Assembly (NCBI GenBank): GCA_963836235.1
Contig: CAWIIP010000002.1
Coordinates: forward strand, 1,440,001-1,504,000
Length of the DNA: 64,000 nt
Origin: an uncultured Pseudomonadota bacterium
GTDB taxonomy: Bacteria; Oederibacteriota; Muellerivitia; Muellerivitales; Muellerivitaceae
Reading direction: 5' to 3'
Below the pieces are notes generated by a model. That model did not search any database. It was not told the DNA's origin and saw nothing but the letters and a program-made list of their open reading frames with translations. The position numbers and the translations under genes were made by a program. Positions 55,351-64,000 of this stretch are shown here, one piece after another (the stretch's first letter is position 1; every line of letters begins with the position of its first letter).

Positions 55351-57948
55351 TTATCGGACCAACAAAACCCTGGCCTGGTGGACACCCGTGGGTTCGACCA
55401 GCCGAAGGATATAGGTGCCGCTGGCCACCAGATCACCGTACTTATTTTTTCCGTCCCAAGTGAGCTGAAACGATCCCGCCGGTTGATTGGCGTAATTACC
55501 CAGGGTTCGGATGTGCTCACCGGCCGAGTTGTACACCATCACCGAACAGGCGCCCGGAAAGCAAAGGAAGGAGGTTAAAGTCAGGGGCTGGCCGGCTTGC
55601 GGGGTAAAAAGGTTCAGCGAAGCGGAAAGTCCGCTTTGGCAGATGGGGGTGGGGCTGAAAGTCGGTGTAAAGGTGAGTGTCGGTGTGGGACTGATGGTGG
55701 GGGTGGGCGTATTGACGGCGAACTTCATGACGAAGGCATCCTCCGTTCCTCCCCCGTAATTCACTTGAAAGGCTCCGGCCGTGGTCGGAAAATTTCCGCT
55801 GGTATAACCCGTTAAATAAATGTTTTCCGAAGGGTCCAGGGCCACTTTGTAACTGGAGTCTTCCCCTGATCCCCCCAAATAAGTGGAATAAATTAAAGCC
55901 GTTCCCAGGGGATTGAAAATGGTCATAAAACCATCATAGGTCCCGCCGCCATAAACCGTCTGGTAGGCGCCGGCGGTGGTCGGAAAACTTCCCGAGGTCA
56001 AACCAGTCGCATAGACGTTCCCCGCGGGATCCACGGCGATACCGCCCCCTTCGGTAATGCCCCCTCCACCCAAGTAAGTCGAAAAAATAAGGGCTGTTCC
56101 GTTGGGATTCAATTTGGTAACGAAAACTTCCACGCCACCCGGGAAAACCGTCTCATAGGCACCGGCGGTGGTGGGGAAGTTTCCACCCGTGGAACCAATG
56201 ATGTAAGCGTCTCCGGCGGCGTCCAACGCGATGCCATAAGACGCGTCGTTATTGTTTTCCCCCAGGTAGGTGGAATAGACCAAGGCGCTTCCGGCCGGGT
56301 TCAACTCAGTGACAAAAACGTCCCAACTACTCGTGGCTCCATAAACGGTCTGATAGGCTCCCGGCGTGAGGGGGAAATCCGGGCTGGTCGTGGGACCTGT
56401 GATATAAACGTTTCCGGCGGCATTCACCGCAATGGCTTCCGCCATATCGTTGCCGCTTCCCCCGACATAGGTGGAATAAAGCAACGCGCTTCCAGCGGGG
56501 TTTAATTTGGTGACGAAAGAGGACTGAACACCCGCGGCAACAGTCTGAAAAGCGCCGGGCGTGACGGGAAAAGATCCAGTGAAATAGCCGGTGACATAAG
56601 CGTTTCCCGCCCCGTCCACCGCGATGCCGTTGGCCTGCTCGTTGCCGCTTCCCCCCAGGTAGGTCGAATAAACTAGGGCATTTCCGGCGGGATTCAGTTT
56701 GGCCACGAAAGCATCGGAGGTCCCGCCGCCGAAAACCGTTTGATAGGCTCCGCCCGTGGTGGGGAAGTTAGAGCTATCCGTTGCGCCCGTCACATAGGCA
56801 TTCCCGGCGCCATCGATGGCGACGCCAAAGCCATCATCTTCTCCATTTCCACCGAGATAGGTTGAATAAACCACCGCGCTTCCCGTGGGGTTTAACTTCG
56901 TCACGAAGGCATCCGAGGTTCCACCTTTAAAGGCTGTTTGGAAGGCTCCCCCTGTGGTTGGAAAGTTGGGGCTGTCGGTGGTACCTGTCACGTAAGCGTT
57001 ACCCAAAGCGTCGGCCACGATATCCATGCCATTATCATCCCCGCTGCCGCCCAGATATGTGGAATAGGCCAGGATCGGGTCGATCACCAAGGGCTTAGCC
57101 CGGTCATAATTTTGAACCTCAAAACCCGCCTCGTCCCGGCCGAGCTTCACGAACTTTCCCTGGATTTTCGTTCCCTCACCTTTCTCAACCTGGTAAACCG
57201 CCGGAACCTGAAAGGTGAGGGCGCCGGTTTTAGTTTGAAGCACCAAAGCGCCGCGAGAGTCGACCTTCACGAGTTTCGCCCCGGTGAACTTCAGCCGAAT
57301 GGCTTTCGGGTCCGCCCCCGGTTTCACCCAGAAGTCATACTCCAGCTTCCTTTGGTCGCCGTAGTAAAGCATATCGACGCCGGGATAAAGTTCCTCCATC
57401 TTGACCTGGGCGTACTGGGCCACGCCCTTTCGCCAATGGTCCGGGTTATTGCCGATGAAATAGTTGGATTTGCCTTTTAGTTCTTCCAGCCCCTCCATGC
57501 GGCATAAGCGGTTTGCGCCTTGAAAGCGCATCCGAATAACACCGGAGGGGGATGTTTGTAAAGAAGCGGTTTTTTGATGGTGGTGGCCAGCCGAAAAACT
57601 TTTGGACGGTGTGGAGCGAAAACGGAGGACAGCCTCCGCCGGGGTCAGGAACAAATGATAGTCCCGGCCCTTGGCCAGGAACCGCACCGAGGGATCGGTC
57701 TGGCCCTCGTTTTTTTCGAAGCTCATCGGCAAGTCCCCATAAGCCCGGAAAATCCTCTTGCGGGCCTGGATGTCGGGCCTAAAAGACGAACCCTTGGGCG
57801 AAGGGGATGAGGAAACCGGGAGGCGGTCCAGGGAAAAGGCGAGGAGACCGGCGGGTTGGGCCAGAAAACAAGACAATAGGCATCGCAAAAGTAATTGAAA
57901 GCGTTTGGGGGCCTTGATTAGAAAAAAGGAAGGTAGGTCTAGCGGCAT
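55351..57948 (-). CDS. Secreted SBBP-repeat beta-propeller protein with FlgD-Ig-like C-terminus
   Basis: LPMSFEKNEGQ..., repeats YSTYLGGSG.D....IAVD..GNAYVTG.T.S.NFPTT.GA.Q; VYNSAGEHIRTL...WDGKN..G.LVASGTY. Confidence 0.88.
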   Translation of the reverse strand: MPLDLPSFFLIKAPKRFQLLLRCLLSCFLAQPAGLLAFSLDRLPVSSSPSPKGSSFRPDIQARKRIFRAYGDLPMSFEKNEGQTDPSVRFLAKGRDYHLFLTPAEAVLRFRSTPSKSFSAGHHHQKTASLQTSPSGVIRMRFQGANRLCRMEGLEELKGKSNYFIGNNPDHWRKGVAQYAQVKMEELYPGVDMLYYGDQRKLEYDFWVKPGADPKAIRLKFTGAKLVKVDSRGALVLQTKTGALTFQVPAVYQVEKGEGTKIQGKFVKLGRDEAGFEVQNYDRAKPLVIDPILAYSTYLGGSGDDNGMDIVADALGNAYVTGTTDSPNFPTTGGAFQTAFKGGTSDAFVTKLNPTGSAVVYSTYLGGNGEDDGFGVAIDGAGNAYVTGATDSSNFPTTGGAYQTVFGGGTSDAFVAKLNPAGNALVYSTYLGGSGNEQANGIAVDGAGNAYVTGYFTGSFPVTPGAFQTVAAGVQSSFVTKLNPAGSALLYSTYVGGSGNDMAEAIAVNAAGNVYITGPTTSPDFPLTPGAYQTVYGATSSWDVFVTELNPAGSALVYSTYLGENNNDASYGIALDAAGDAYIIGSTGGNFPTTAGAYETVFPGGVEVFVTKLNPNGTALIFSTYLGGGGITEGGGIAVDPAGNVYATGLTSGSFPTTAGAYQTVYGGGTYDGFMTIFNPLGTALIYSTYLGGSGEDSSYKVALDPSENIYLTGYTSGNFPTTAGAFQVNYGGGTEDAFVMKFAVNTPTPTISPTPTLTFTPTFSPTPICQSGLSASLNLFTPQAGQPLTLTSFLCFPGACSVMVYNSAGEHIRTLGNYANQPAGSFQLTWDGKNKYGDLVASGTYILRLVEPTGVHQARVLLVR

Positions 57949-58119
57949 TCAAATATCCTTACATGGAATAGATGAAGAGATAGAGCTTTCAAATTTACCA
58001 CGAAAGGGCGGCTTTAGGCCTTTTACCGAGAATTCCCGTTCCGCGCTTTTGGCTCTAAGGCTTAAAAACGTTATGGGATGGCTATTTTACCAGGCACGCG
58101 AAAGAGCGCTCCATAGAAC

Positions 58120-58150
58120 TTGAACCTCACGTTACGTGAGGTCTTATACT
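58120..58150 (+). promoter_or_regulatory. MerR-type promoter/operator
   Basis: -35 TTGAAC, 19-bp spacer, -10 TATACT; dyad ACCTCACGT-T-ACGTGAGGT. Confidence 0.88.
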
Positions 58151-58157
58151 TACTCGC

Positions 58158-58895
58158 ATGGGTATTCGAATCTGGAAAGTCGGGGAGCTGGGGAGGATCA
58201 CGGGCCTCAGCATCCGGACCCTTCACTATTACGAGGGGATGGGGCTTTTAATCCCATCGGGCCGCACGGACTCGGGCCATCGGGTCTATGGCGAGAAAGA
58301 CCTGGTGCGGCTTCAACAAATTCTTTCGCTTAAACAGCTGGGTTTTCCGCTGGAAGACATCAAGAGCTGTCTTAACGAGGAAAAGATGTTCCCGGTCCAG
58401 ATCGTTCGGGCGCACAAAAAGCGAATCGAGGAGGAAAAAGCGAGGATAGAAAATCTGTATGGGCTCCTTTCCAGCCTGGAAAAGGCTTTGGCGGCAAAGG
58501 AGAAAATTTCAATTGATGAGGTGATTAAAACCATGGAAGCGATCACGATGTATGAAAAATATTTCACGAAAGAACAGCTTGATAAACTTTCCAAGATCAG
58601 GAAGTCCCTGGGCGATAAAAAATTAAAAGACCTTAGGGACCAATGGCCCAAGCTCATCAAGGCCGTGCGGGCTGAAATGAAGCGGGAAACCCATCCGAAC
58701 GATCGGAAGGTCCAAAAACTGGCGAAGCAATGGAGAAAGCTCAGTGACACCACTACAGGCGGGGATATTGACCTAAGCTTGGGGTTCGCGGAAATGTATA
58801 GAAAAGAACCCCAGGCTTTAAAAAGGTTGGGTATCGAACCGAAGCTTCGAGAATATGTGGGGAAAATGTTGTTCTGCTTTTATAGAAACAAATGA
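58158..58895 (+). CDS. MerR-family regulator (TipA/Mta-like)
   Basis: VGELGRITGLSIRTLHYYE.GLL.P.R..SGHRVY, LGFPLEDIK; TipAS-like W..LI...P....VQ.LA..W. Confidence 0.9.
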   Translation: MGIRIWKVGELGRITGLSIRTLHYYEGMGLLIPSGRTDSGHRVYGEKDLVRLQQILSLKQLGFPLEDIKSCLNEEKMFPVQIVRAHKKRIEEEKARIENLYGLLSSLEKALAAKEKISIDEVIKTMEAITMYEKYFTKEQLDKLSKIRKSLGDKKLKDLRDQWPKLIKAVRAEMKRETHPNDRKVQKLAKQWRKLSDTTTGGDIDLSLGFAEMYRKEPQALKRLGIEPKLREYVGKMLFCFYRNK

Positions 58896-58987
58896 AGTGT
58901 GGATGGCCTAAAAGAATGGCTCCCCATTCCGTACGATTTGCGAACCATTAAATTTGCGATAATTTGATAACTATTACCGTTCGGCGA

Positions 58988-59443
58988 TTACTTATTGTCA
59001 AGATTCACGACTTTTGTGATTTCAACAGAATCCACGCAAACCTCTTGCATAACTCCAGGTTCAGACTTGGTTAAGGGGCAAACCGTGAATTTACCGTAAA
59101 CTTCAACGCTGAAATTGTTGTTTATTGCTTTTTTAAAATTTTCAGGGATGCAAGGCTCTTCGCCCGTGGTTTCGTTAAAAGTTTCGTGAACGCCCAAAAT
59201 TCTTTTAGTGCCGATTCTCCAAATTCTTAAAGAAGGATTACCGTTATACAAAGAAGCGCGACCTTTAAATGTGAAACAACCGCTAACAATTCCTTCGAGA
59301 TTGTTACATGGCTTTTTGGGCTCAATTTTTTTTGTTTGAATTGATTCTGTCGGCATTCTTGTCGTTTCAGGATTTTCACCAAAACTATTAGCATTTACTA
59401 ACATCAAAGAAACATTAATCAGAACCACTATCGCTAATTTCAC
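58988..59443 (-). CDS. AT-rich hypothetical secreted protein
   Basis: Signal-like N-terminus, several Cys, NGNPSLRIW.IGTKRILGV; RBS GGAGG. Confidence 0.7.
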   Translation of the reverse strand: MKLAIVVLINVSLMLVNANSFGENPETTRMPTESIQTKKIEPKKPCNNLEGIVSGCFTFKGRASLYNGNPSLRIWRIGTKRILGVHETFNETTGEEPCIPENFKKAINNNFSVEVYGKFTVCPLTKSEPGVMQEVCVDSVEITKVVNLDNK

Positions 59444-59511
59444 TTTTAATACCTCCCCGCGTTGGACTCGAATTGTTCGACGGGCTCATCAACATTGCCG
59501 AGACATTACAT

Positions 59512-61416
59512 TTATTTCACTGTGAACTTCAAATCTTTCACCAGCATCCGGCCAGAACCCTGGTTTTGAGGGAGGTAAAACTCCACATCCTGCAAGGCCT
59601 GCAAGTCCAAGATGTTGTTCCCGTGCTGGTTGCCCCAGACCGTGCGGCGTTCCAGCTCGGAAAGGTCCACCCGGTAGTCTTCCCATTTGCCCGTGCCGGT
59701 GAAAGGGGGAAAGGCGTAGGATTCGCCGTCCGCGCCGTTTTTGCCGTCGTATTGGGCCTGGTCCGGCGCGGCGCAACCCGATTCGCTCATATAGATGGTG
59801 AAGCTGACACCCTTGGGAACGAAAGCTTTGAACTGGAAAAAGTTATATCCCCTCAAATCCACGGTGCCACCATCGGCAAAGGGAGGAATGTTGGAAGGAA
59901 TGGAAGCCCCGCAGCCCCAACCGACACCGGTTTCGTAATCCATCACGATGGTCCCCGTCGTGGTATTGGCGACCGCTTTTCCGCCCTTGGCGCCATCACC
60001 CCAAGTGTCCACGTGGGCGCTGTTATCAATCTTGAGGAAATCGCGCGACGAGGGCACCTTCATCCCCGCATCGGCTTTGCGGTAATCGGCGCCCAAGTCT
60101 TCCTTGAATTCCGAAGGCAAGGGAACCAGGGATTTCTTATGGAGCGGGGCCGCGATCAAATTTAGCTTCGTGTGTTCCTGGGTGACGAGGGGATAGGCAT
60201 GGTCCTTAAGATCCACCAGACCGTAATTGCAATCCTCGCCGTCGAAACGCCCCTCGGGGGACTCATCGGCCCATTCGTACCAATGCAGGCCCACGATATA
60301 AGGAAGGCTCAATAGCTGGCGGGCGTAGTTATCCAAATGACCGGCCCGGTCCTTTTGGGTGGGGAGGGCCACGTCCGCGCCGTGGTCGTTGGGATCGCCA
60401 CTTTGGTTTTCCATGGCGCTGAAGGAATATTCCGAAATGAGGACGGGCTTTTTGGCCCGGGCGTAAAAATTATCCAAGAGGGGTTGGTTGATATTGCCGG
60501 ACTTCGCATAAGTGTTCACCGAAACCACGTCGCAATATTTGGCGCAGGCTTCCACGGCCTCCCAGGGGTTTTCGCCGGCGAAGCGGACGCCTAAAATTAA
60601 ATGGTTTTGGTCCACCGCCCTGAGGGCTTGGGTGGTCACCGAGAAATAACGCTCCGCCACCACGCCCACCCAGGCCATGGCGTCGGCCTTTTGTCTTTTA
60701 GTTTTGACCGACAAGGTGACGGGAGCTTCCAATTCTCCAAAGGATTGCAGTTGAAGGCCCCAGGCCTCATCGAATTGCTGGACGTCCTGGTCGTAGCGGT
60801 CCTCGAAAAATTTTTCCAAAGCCTGCTTGTTGGCGTCGTCCACGCCCTTAAGGGCGTATTTTTCGAGCAGGGTCTTTTGTCCGTTGTCGTGCCAGCCGTA
60901 ATCCCCCCACCAGGGCAATTCGTTATCGAGGAAATAGCCGATCAGATAAGGATCATCCTTGTATAGGGCGGCCTTTTTGGAATTCTCTTTCGCCCGGGTC
61001 GCGAAGTCGTCGGTGAAAACGGACAAGAGCACGTCATCCCAGGGGTTGCCCCGGCCCAAGTAAAGCATATCCGTGTAAGGAAATTTTTGGCCCAACAAGG
61101 CCTCATCCCCCCAGCAACCGATGGTGTTGAAATGCCATTTCTTTAAACGGGTGAAGACGCCCTTGATCCAGGCTTTTTTGTTCCCGTCATATTGGTTTTT
61201 GACGGGGTTGTAATAATGATCGTTGGGCGCCCGGTAGGATTGGTCCCCGATGGCATTGACCCCCATGGAAAGGAAGGGTTTGCCCGAAGGGGCCGTAAAC
61301 CAAGCCTTGCCGTCTTTCCAACCGACGGTGAAAAAAGGCTGGGGTTTGGCCTCCAGAAGAGGCATTCCGAAGGGAAAAAGGGTTAAAAGTAAAAAGAAAG
61401 TTAAGAATTTCCTCAT
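59512..61416 (-). CDS. Secreted clan GH-A glycoside hydrolase (GH50/agarase-like) with CBM-like C-terminus
   Basis: Signal peptide, FNTIGCW, LIGYFLDNELPW, HLILGVRF, PVLISEYSF, VGLHWYEW.DE...ED.NYGLV; substrate not assignable. Confidence 0.75.
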   Translation of the reverse strand: MRKFLTFFLLLTLFPFGMPLLEAKPQPFFTVGWKDGKAWFTAPSGKPFLSMGVNAIGDQSYRAPNDHYYNPVKNQYDGNKKAWIKGVFTRLKKWHFNTIGCWGDEALLGQKFPYTDMLYLGRGNPWDDVLLSVFTDDFATRAKENSKKAALYKDDPYLIGYFLDNELPWWGDYGWHDNGQKTLLEKYALKGVDDANKQALEKFFEDRYDQDVQQFDEAWGLQLQSFGELEAPVTLSVKTKRQKADAMAWVGVVAERYFSVTTQALRAVDQNHLILGVRFAGENPWEAVEACAKYCDVVSVNTYAKSGNINQPLLDNFYARAKKPVLISEYSFSAMENQSGDPNDHGADVALPTQKDRAGHLDNYARQLLSLPYIVGLHWYEWADESPEGRFDGEDCNYGLVDLKDHAYPLVTQEHTKLNLIAAPLHKKSLVPLPSEFKEDLGADYRKADAGMKVPSSRDFLKIDNSAHVDTWGDGAKGGKAVANTTTGTIVMDYETGVGWGCGASIPSNIPPFADGGTVDLRGYNFFQFKAFVPKGVSFTIYMSESGCAAPDQAQYDGKNGADGESYAFPPFTGTGKWEDYRVDLSELERRTVWGNQHGNNILDLQALQDVEFYLPQNQGSGRMLVKDLKFTVK

Positions 61417-61694
61417 CCAAAGCCTCCCGATCGCCTGAACTTTCCAAAACAGTATAGCTTCCCTCCGGGAAAATAGAAAAACCCGGAAGATCGATTTTAG
61501 CAAGTTGACGCTGGTAGACCCCCTGGGGATAATGTGCCGATTTTCCATCAACAGTTCATGTATGGGAATCGGCACAATACCGACCTCTTTGAAAAATTTT
61601 CATTTCTAGGAAAGTCGGCATGACGCCTTCTTCCGGACAGCCTGTGGATTTTGGGCTTGTTAAGACGCCGGAACAAAATTAAGGAGATGAAACG

Positions 61695-62357
61695 ATGAAG
61701 AAGTTATTTGCCGCCGCTGCCAGCCTGTTGCTGTTATTTGCCGCTCCTCTTTTCGCCGACGATCAAACTGCCGCCCCGGCCGCCGGGACCACCGAGGCCG
61801 CTCCCGCGGCTGGTACCATCCCAAGTGTGGCCGCGACGCCGATGGGGAAAAAGGTAACCGGCTCCGACGCTGAAATTCGCACTACCCTCGATGAGATTTC
61901 CGCCGATTGGGCCTCCGGGGACGCCCATAAAATGGCCTCCCATTGGCTGGAAAAAGGATCGCTGATCACGCCTTTCGGCAAGGAAGCCTGGAACCGCGCC
62001 GAAGTCGAGGAAGCCATCGCCGGGGACCTCGAAATGATGAAGGGAAGCACCCAAACTTTCAGCGATCCCAAGATCGACTGGATTCTGGGTGGATGCGCCT
62101 TGGTGGATACGACCGGAACCATCGGCGGGATGAAGAACGCCGACGGAACCGACGCTCCCTCGAAGGAATTCCATGTTTACATGGTCCTCGTCCAACGGGG
62201 CAGCAAGTGGATGGCTCGCGCGGTCCGGCCTTACGCCTTCTTGCCGGCGCCGGATGGGTCCGCCGCAGCTCCCGCCGCTGCTTCCACCACGCCTTCGGAC
62301 TCGACCGTTCCGCCAGCCCCCGATAGCGACTCGAAGAAGGACGACAGCACGAAATAA
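61695..62357 (+). CDS. Secreted NTF2/SnoaL-like (DUF4440-like) protein
   Basis: Signal peptide; IR..LD....W..GDA..MA..W...G.LI.PFG; RBS AAGGAG. Confidence 0.7.
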   Translation: MKKLFAAAASLLLLFAAPLFADDQTAAPAAGTTEAAPAAGTIPSVAATPMGKKVTGSDAEIRTTLDEISADWASGDAHKMASHWLEKGSLITPFGKEAWNRAEVEEAIAGDLEMMKGSTQTFSDPKIDWILGGCALVDTTGTIGGMKNADGTDAPSKEFHVYMVLVQRGSKWMARAVRPYAFLPAPDGSAAAPAAASTTPSDSTVPPAPDSDSKKDDSTK

Positions 62358-62378
62358 ACCGGCTGTTAGAAATCTTTC

Positions 62379-62417
62379 AAAGCCTTCCTCCCTCTGGGGG
62401 GAAGGCTTTTTTATTTT
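62379..62417 (+). terminator. Intrinsic terminator
   Basis: AAAGCCTTCCTCC-CTCT-GGGGGGAAGGCTTTTTTATTTT. Confidence 0.85.
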
Positions 62418-62499
62418 AGCGGGATTATGAGGAGGATCAGACTTTTCGATCTGAGGATCGTTATAATCCCTTTACCTTTTTTCATTTCGGGGGAATAGC

Positions 62500-63639
62500 T
62501 TGAGTCGTGGCAAGATCATCATCATTGGGGGAGGGGTCATCGGCCTCTCGATCGCGGACCATTGCCTGCGCCGGGGTTTCCAACCGGTCGTCCTGGACAA
62601 GGGGTCTTTCGCCAAGGAAGCTTCCTGGGCCGGCGCCGGATACCTGGACCTTCGAAGCGCTTCCCGGGTGGGGGGCGCCTTTTTTGACCTTTGCCGGAAA
62701 TCCTACGATCTTTTTCCCGAATGGGCCGCTCGTCTTCATCAGGAAAGCGGGATCGACCCGGAACTTTTAAATTCGGGAAGCCTGGACGTGGCTTTCTCAA
62801 CCGAAGAAGAAAATTCCATCCGCCAAATGGAAAGCAACCTGAAAACCTTCGGCTTTTCGGGCGAATGGTGGACCGCCCCGGAGGCCGTCAAAAGGGAACC
62901 GAAACTCTCGACCGGATTAAAATCGGCTTTCTTCTTTAAGGCCACCAGTCAGGTGCGCCCACCCCGATTGACCCGGGCCATTCTTCGAGTCCTCCAAAAG
63001 AGCGGAGCGGAATTAAGGGAGGTGGAACCGGTCGAGGACATCCTTTTTAAAGGAAACCAAGCCGTCGGGGTGAAAACCTCCAAAGGGGTCTTGGAGGGGG
63101 AAGCGGTGGTTTTGGCTTCGGGCGCTTGGTCGGGCCTGATGGCGGAAAAAATCGGAATCCCCCTGGCGGTGAAGCCCTACCGGGGCCAGGTAGTGATGTT
63201 CCGGGGACAACCGGGAACCCTGCGCCACATCCTTTTCACCGGCATCCAAAAGGCCTTTACCTACCTCGTGCCCCGGCTGGACGGGCATATTTATGTCGGC
63301 AGTACCCTGGAAGACCAGGGCTTCGATAAGAACACCAGCTCGGAAGGCATGGATAAGCTCAAAAACGGGGCGGTCAAATTATTGCCGGGGCTTTCTCAAC
63401 AACTCATCGAGGATACCTGGGCTGGCCTAAGGCCGGGTTCGGTGGATGGATGGCCCTATCTGGGCCGGGTGCCGGGCTTTGAAGGGCTTTGGATCGCCAC
63501 GGGACATTTTACCCATGGACTTTTACTTTCGGCGGTGACGGGACAAGTGATGGCGCAAGTGTTATCGGGAGAGAGGCCGGCCTTGGATTTAAGCGCCTTC
63601 GCGACTGACCGCCAGCCCCACCCGGTGGCCGGGATATAA
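62500..63639 (+). CDS. thiO: Glycine oxidase ThiO / DAO-family FAD oxidoreductase
   Basis: IIGGGVIG, ASWAGAG, GAWS, RGQ, YLVPR.DG..VGST, WAGLRP, ATGH..HG.LL. Confidence 0.8.
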   Translation: MSRGKIIIIGGGVIGLSIADHCLRRGFQPVVLDKGSFAKEASWAGAGYLDLRSASRVGGAFFDLCRKSYDLFPEWAARLHQESGIDPELLNSGSLDVAFSTEEENSIRQMESNLKTFGFSGEWWTAPEAVKREPKLSTGLKSAFFFKATSQVRPPRLTRAILRVLQKSGAELREVEPVEDILFKGNQAVGVKTSKGVLEGEAVVLASGAWSGLMAEKIGIPLAVKPYRGQVVMFRGQPGTLRHILFTGIQKAFTYLVPRLDGHIYVGSTLEDQGFDKNTSSEGMDKLKNGAVKLLPGLSQQLIEDTWAGLRPGSVDGWPYLGRVPGFEGLWIATGHFTHGLLLSAVTGQVMAQVLSGERPALDLSAFATDRQPHPVAGI

Positions 63640-63714
63640 GCGGGTTAAGAATTTATTAATCAAAATTTATTCTCGTTTATAATGCCCTTCCAAATCTTCT
63701 CATAAAGGAAGTTC

Positions 63715-64000
63715 ATGAGCCTCATTTTGACGGGTGCCTATGGGTTTATCGGAGCCCGTTTGGCCCATTCCCTCCTGGAAAGAGACCAAGAGGACCTTCT
63801 GCTCGTCGACAAGCCCGATTACCGGAAGAACCGCTCCTGCGTGAGGGGGTTGGAAAATCTCCCCATCATCGACCGGGAAAAGTTTTTGAACGAGCTTCCC
63901 AAGCTCAAGAACATCACCGCCGTTATCCACCTGGGCGCCTGCACCGATACCGGCAATCATGACCAGGCTTACATGTGGAAAATGAACACGGATTACACCA
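63715..64000 (+). CDS. hldD: ADP-glyceromanno-heptose 6-epimerase (runs off the window)
   Basis: Manual translation MSLILTGAYGFIGARLA...LVD...VIHLGACTDT...MNTDYT. Confidence 0.8.
   Translation, partial: MSLILTGAYGFIGARLAHSLLERDQEDLLLVDKPDYRKNRSCVRGLENLPIIDREKFLNELPKLKNITAVIHLGACTDTGNHDQAYMWKMNTDYT

Noticed and set aside
58092-58107. Sigma54-like AGGCACGCGAAAGAGC upstream of MerR
   Set aside because: GG-to-GC spacing is off by one, and a clear MerR-type sigma70 promoter is present.
1-64000. Intact tRNA/rRNA genes, parS sites, transposase or recombinase genes
   Set aside because: None recognised by eye; degenerate parS sites or very divergent recombinases could have been missed.

Overview
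Origin-proximal 64 kb of a diderm bacterial chromosome (TonB receptor, LPS heptose epimerase). Left to right: mnmE-jag-yidC-yidD-rnpA-rpmH; a ~14.7 kb cobalamin-salvage and cytochrome bd block (cobU, cobT, cobS, cbiX, bluB, btuB under a B12 riboswitch, btuFCD-like genes, cydAB) that separates rpmH from dnaA; dnaA and dnaN with DnaA boxes on both sides of dnaA and DnaA-trios; then a long accessory region with Thr/Pro-rich surface proteins, a helicase-exonuclease fusion, tandem Ric proteins, toxin-antitoxin pairs and a cyclase-STAND-TPR protein. The strongest novel signal is at 35.6-41.6 kb. It is an integron-like array of six co-oriented gene cassettes (two are TA pairs). They are separated by a 28-bp 13+2+13 inverted repeat, TGTCCACGAYGGG-GA-CCCNTCGTGGACA, which is not an attC site and resembles a serine-recombinase crossover site, and the array is bounded by half-conserved copies. 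A group II intron sits inside one copy and its EBS1 loop is complementary to the site. No cognate recombinase is visible in the window. A candidate sigma54-driven small RNA lies at ~29.4 kb. All calls come from reading the sequence and ORF track only; no database searches were run. Several starts were moved from the ORF track using RBS or gene-overlap evidence.
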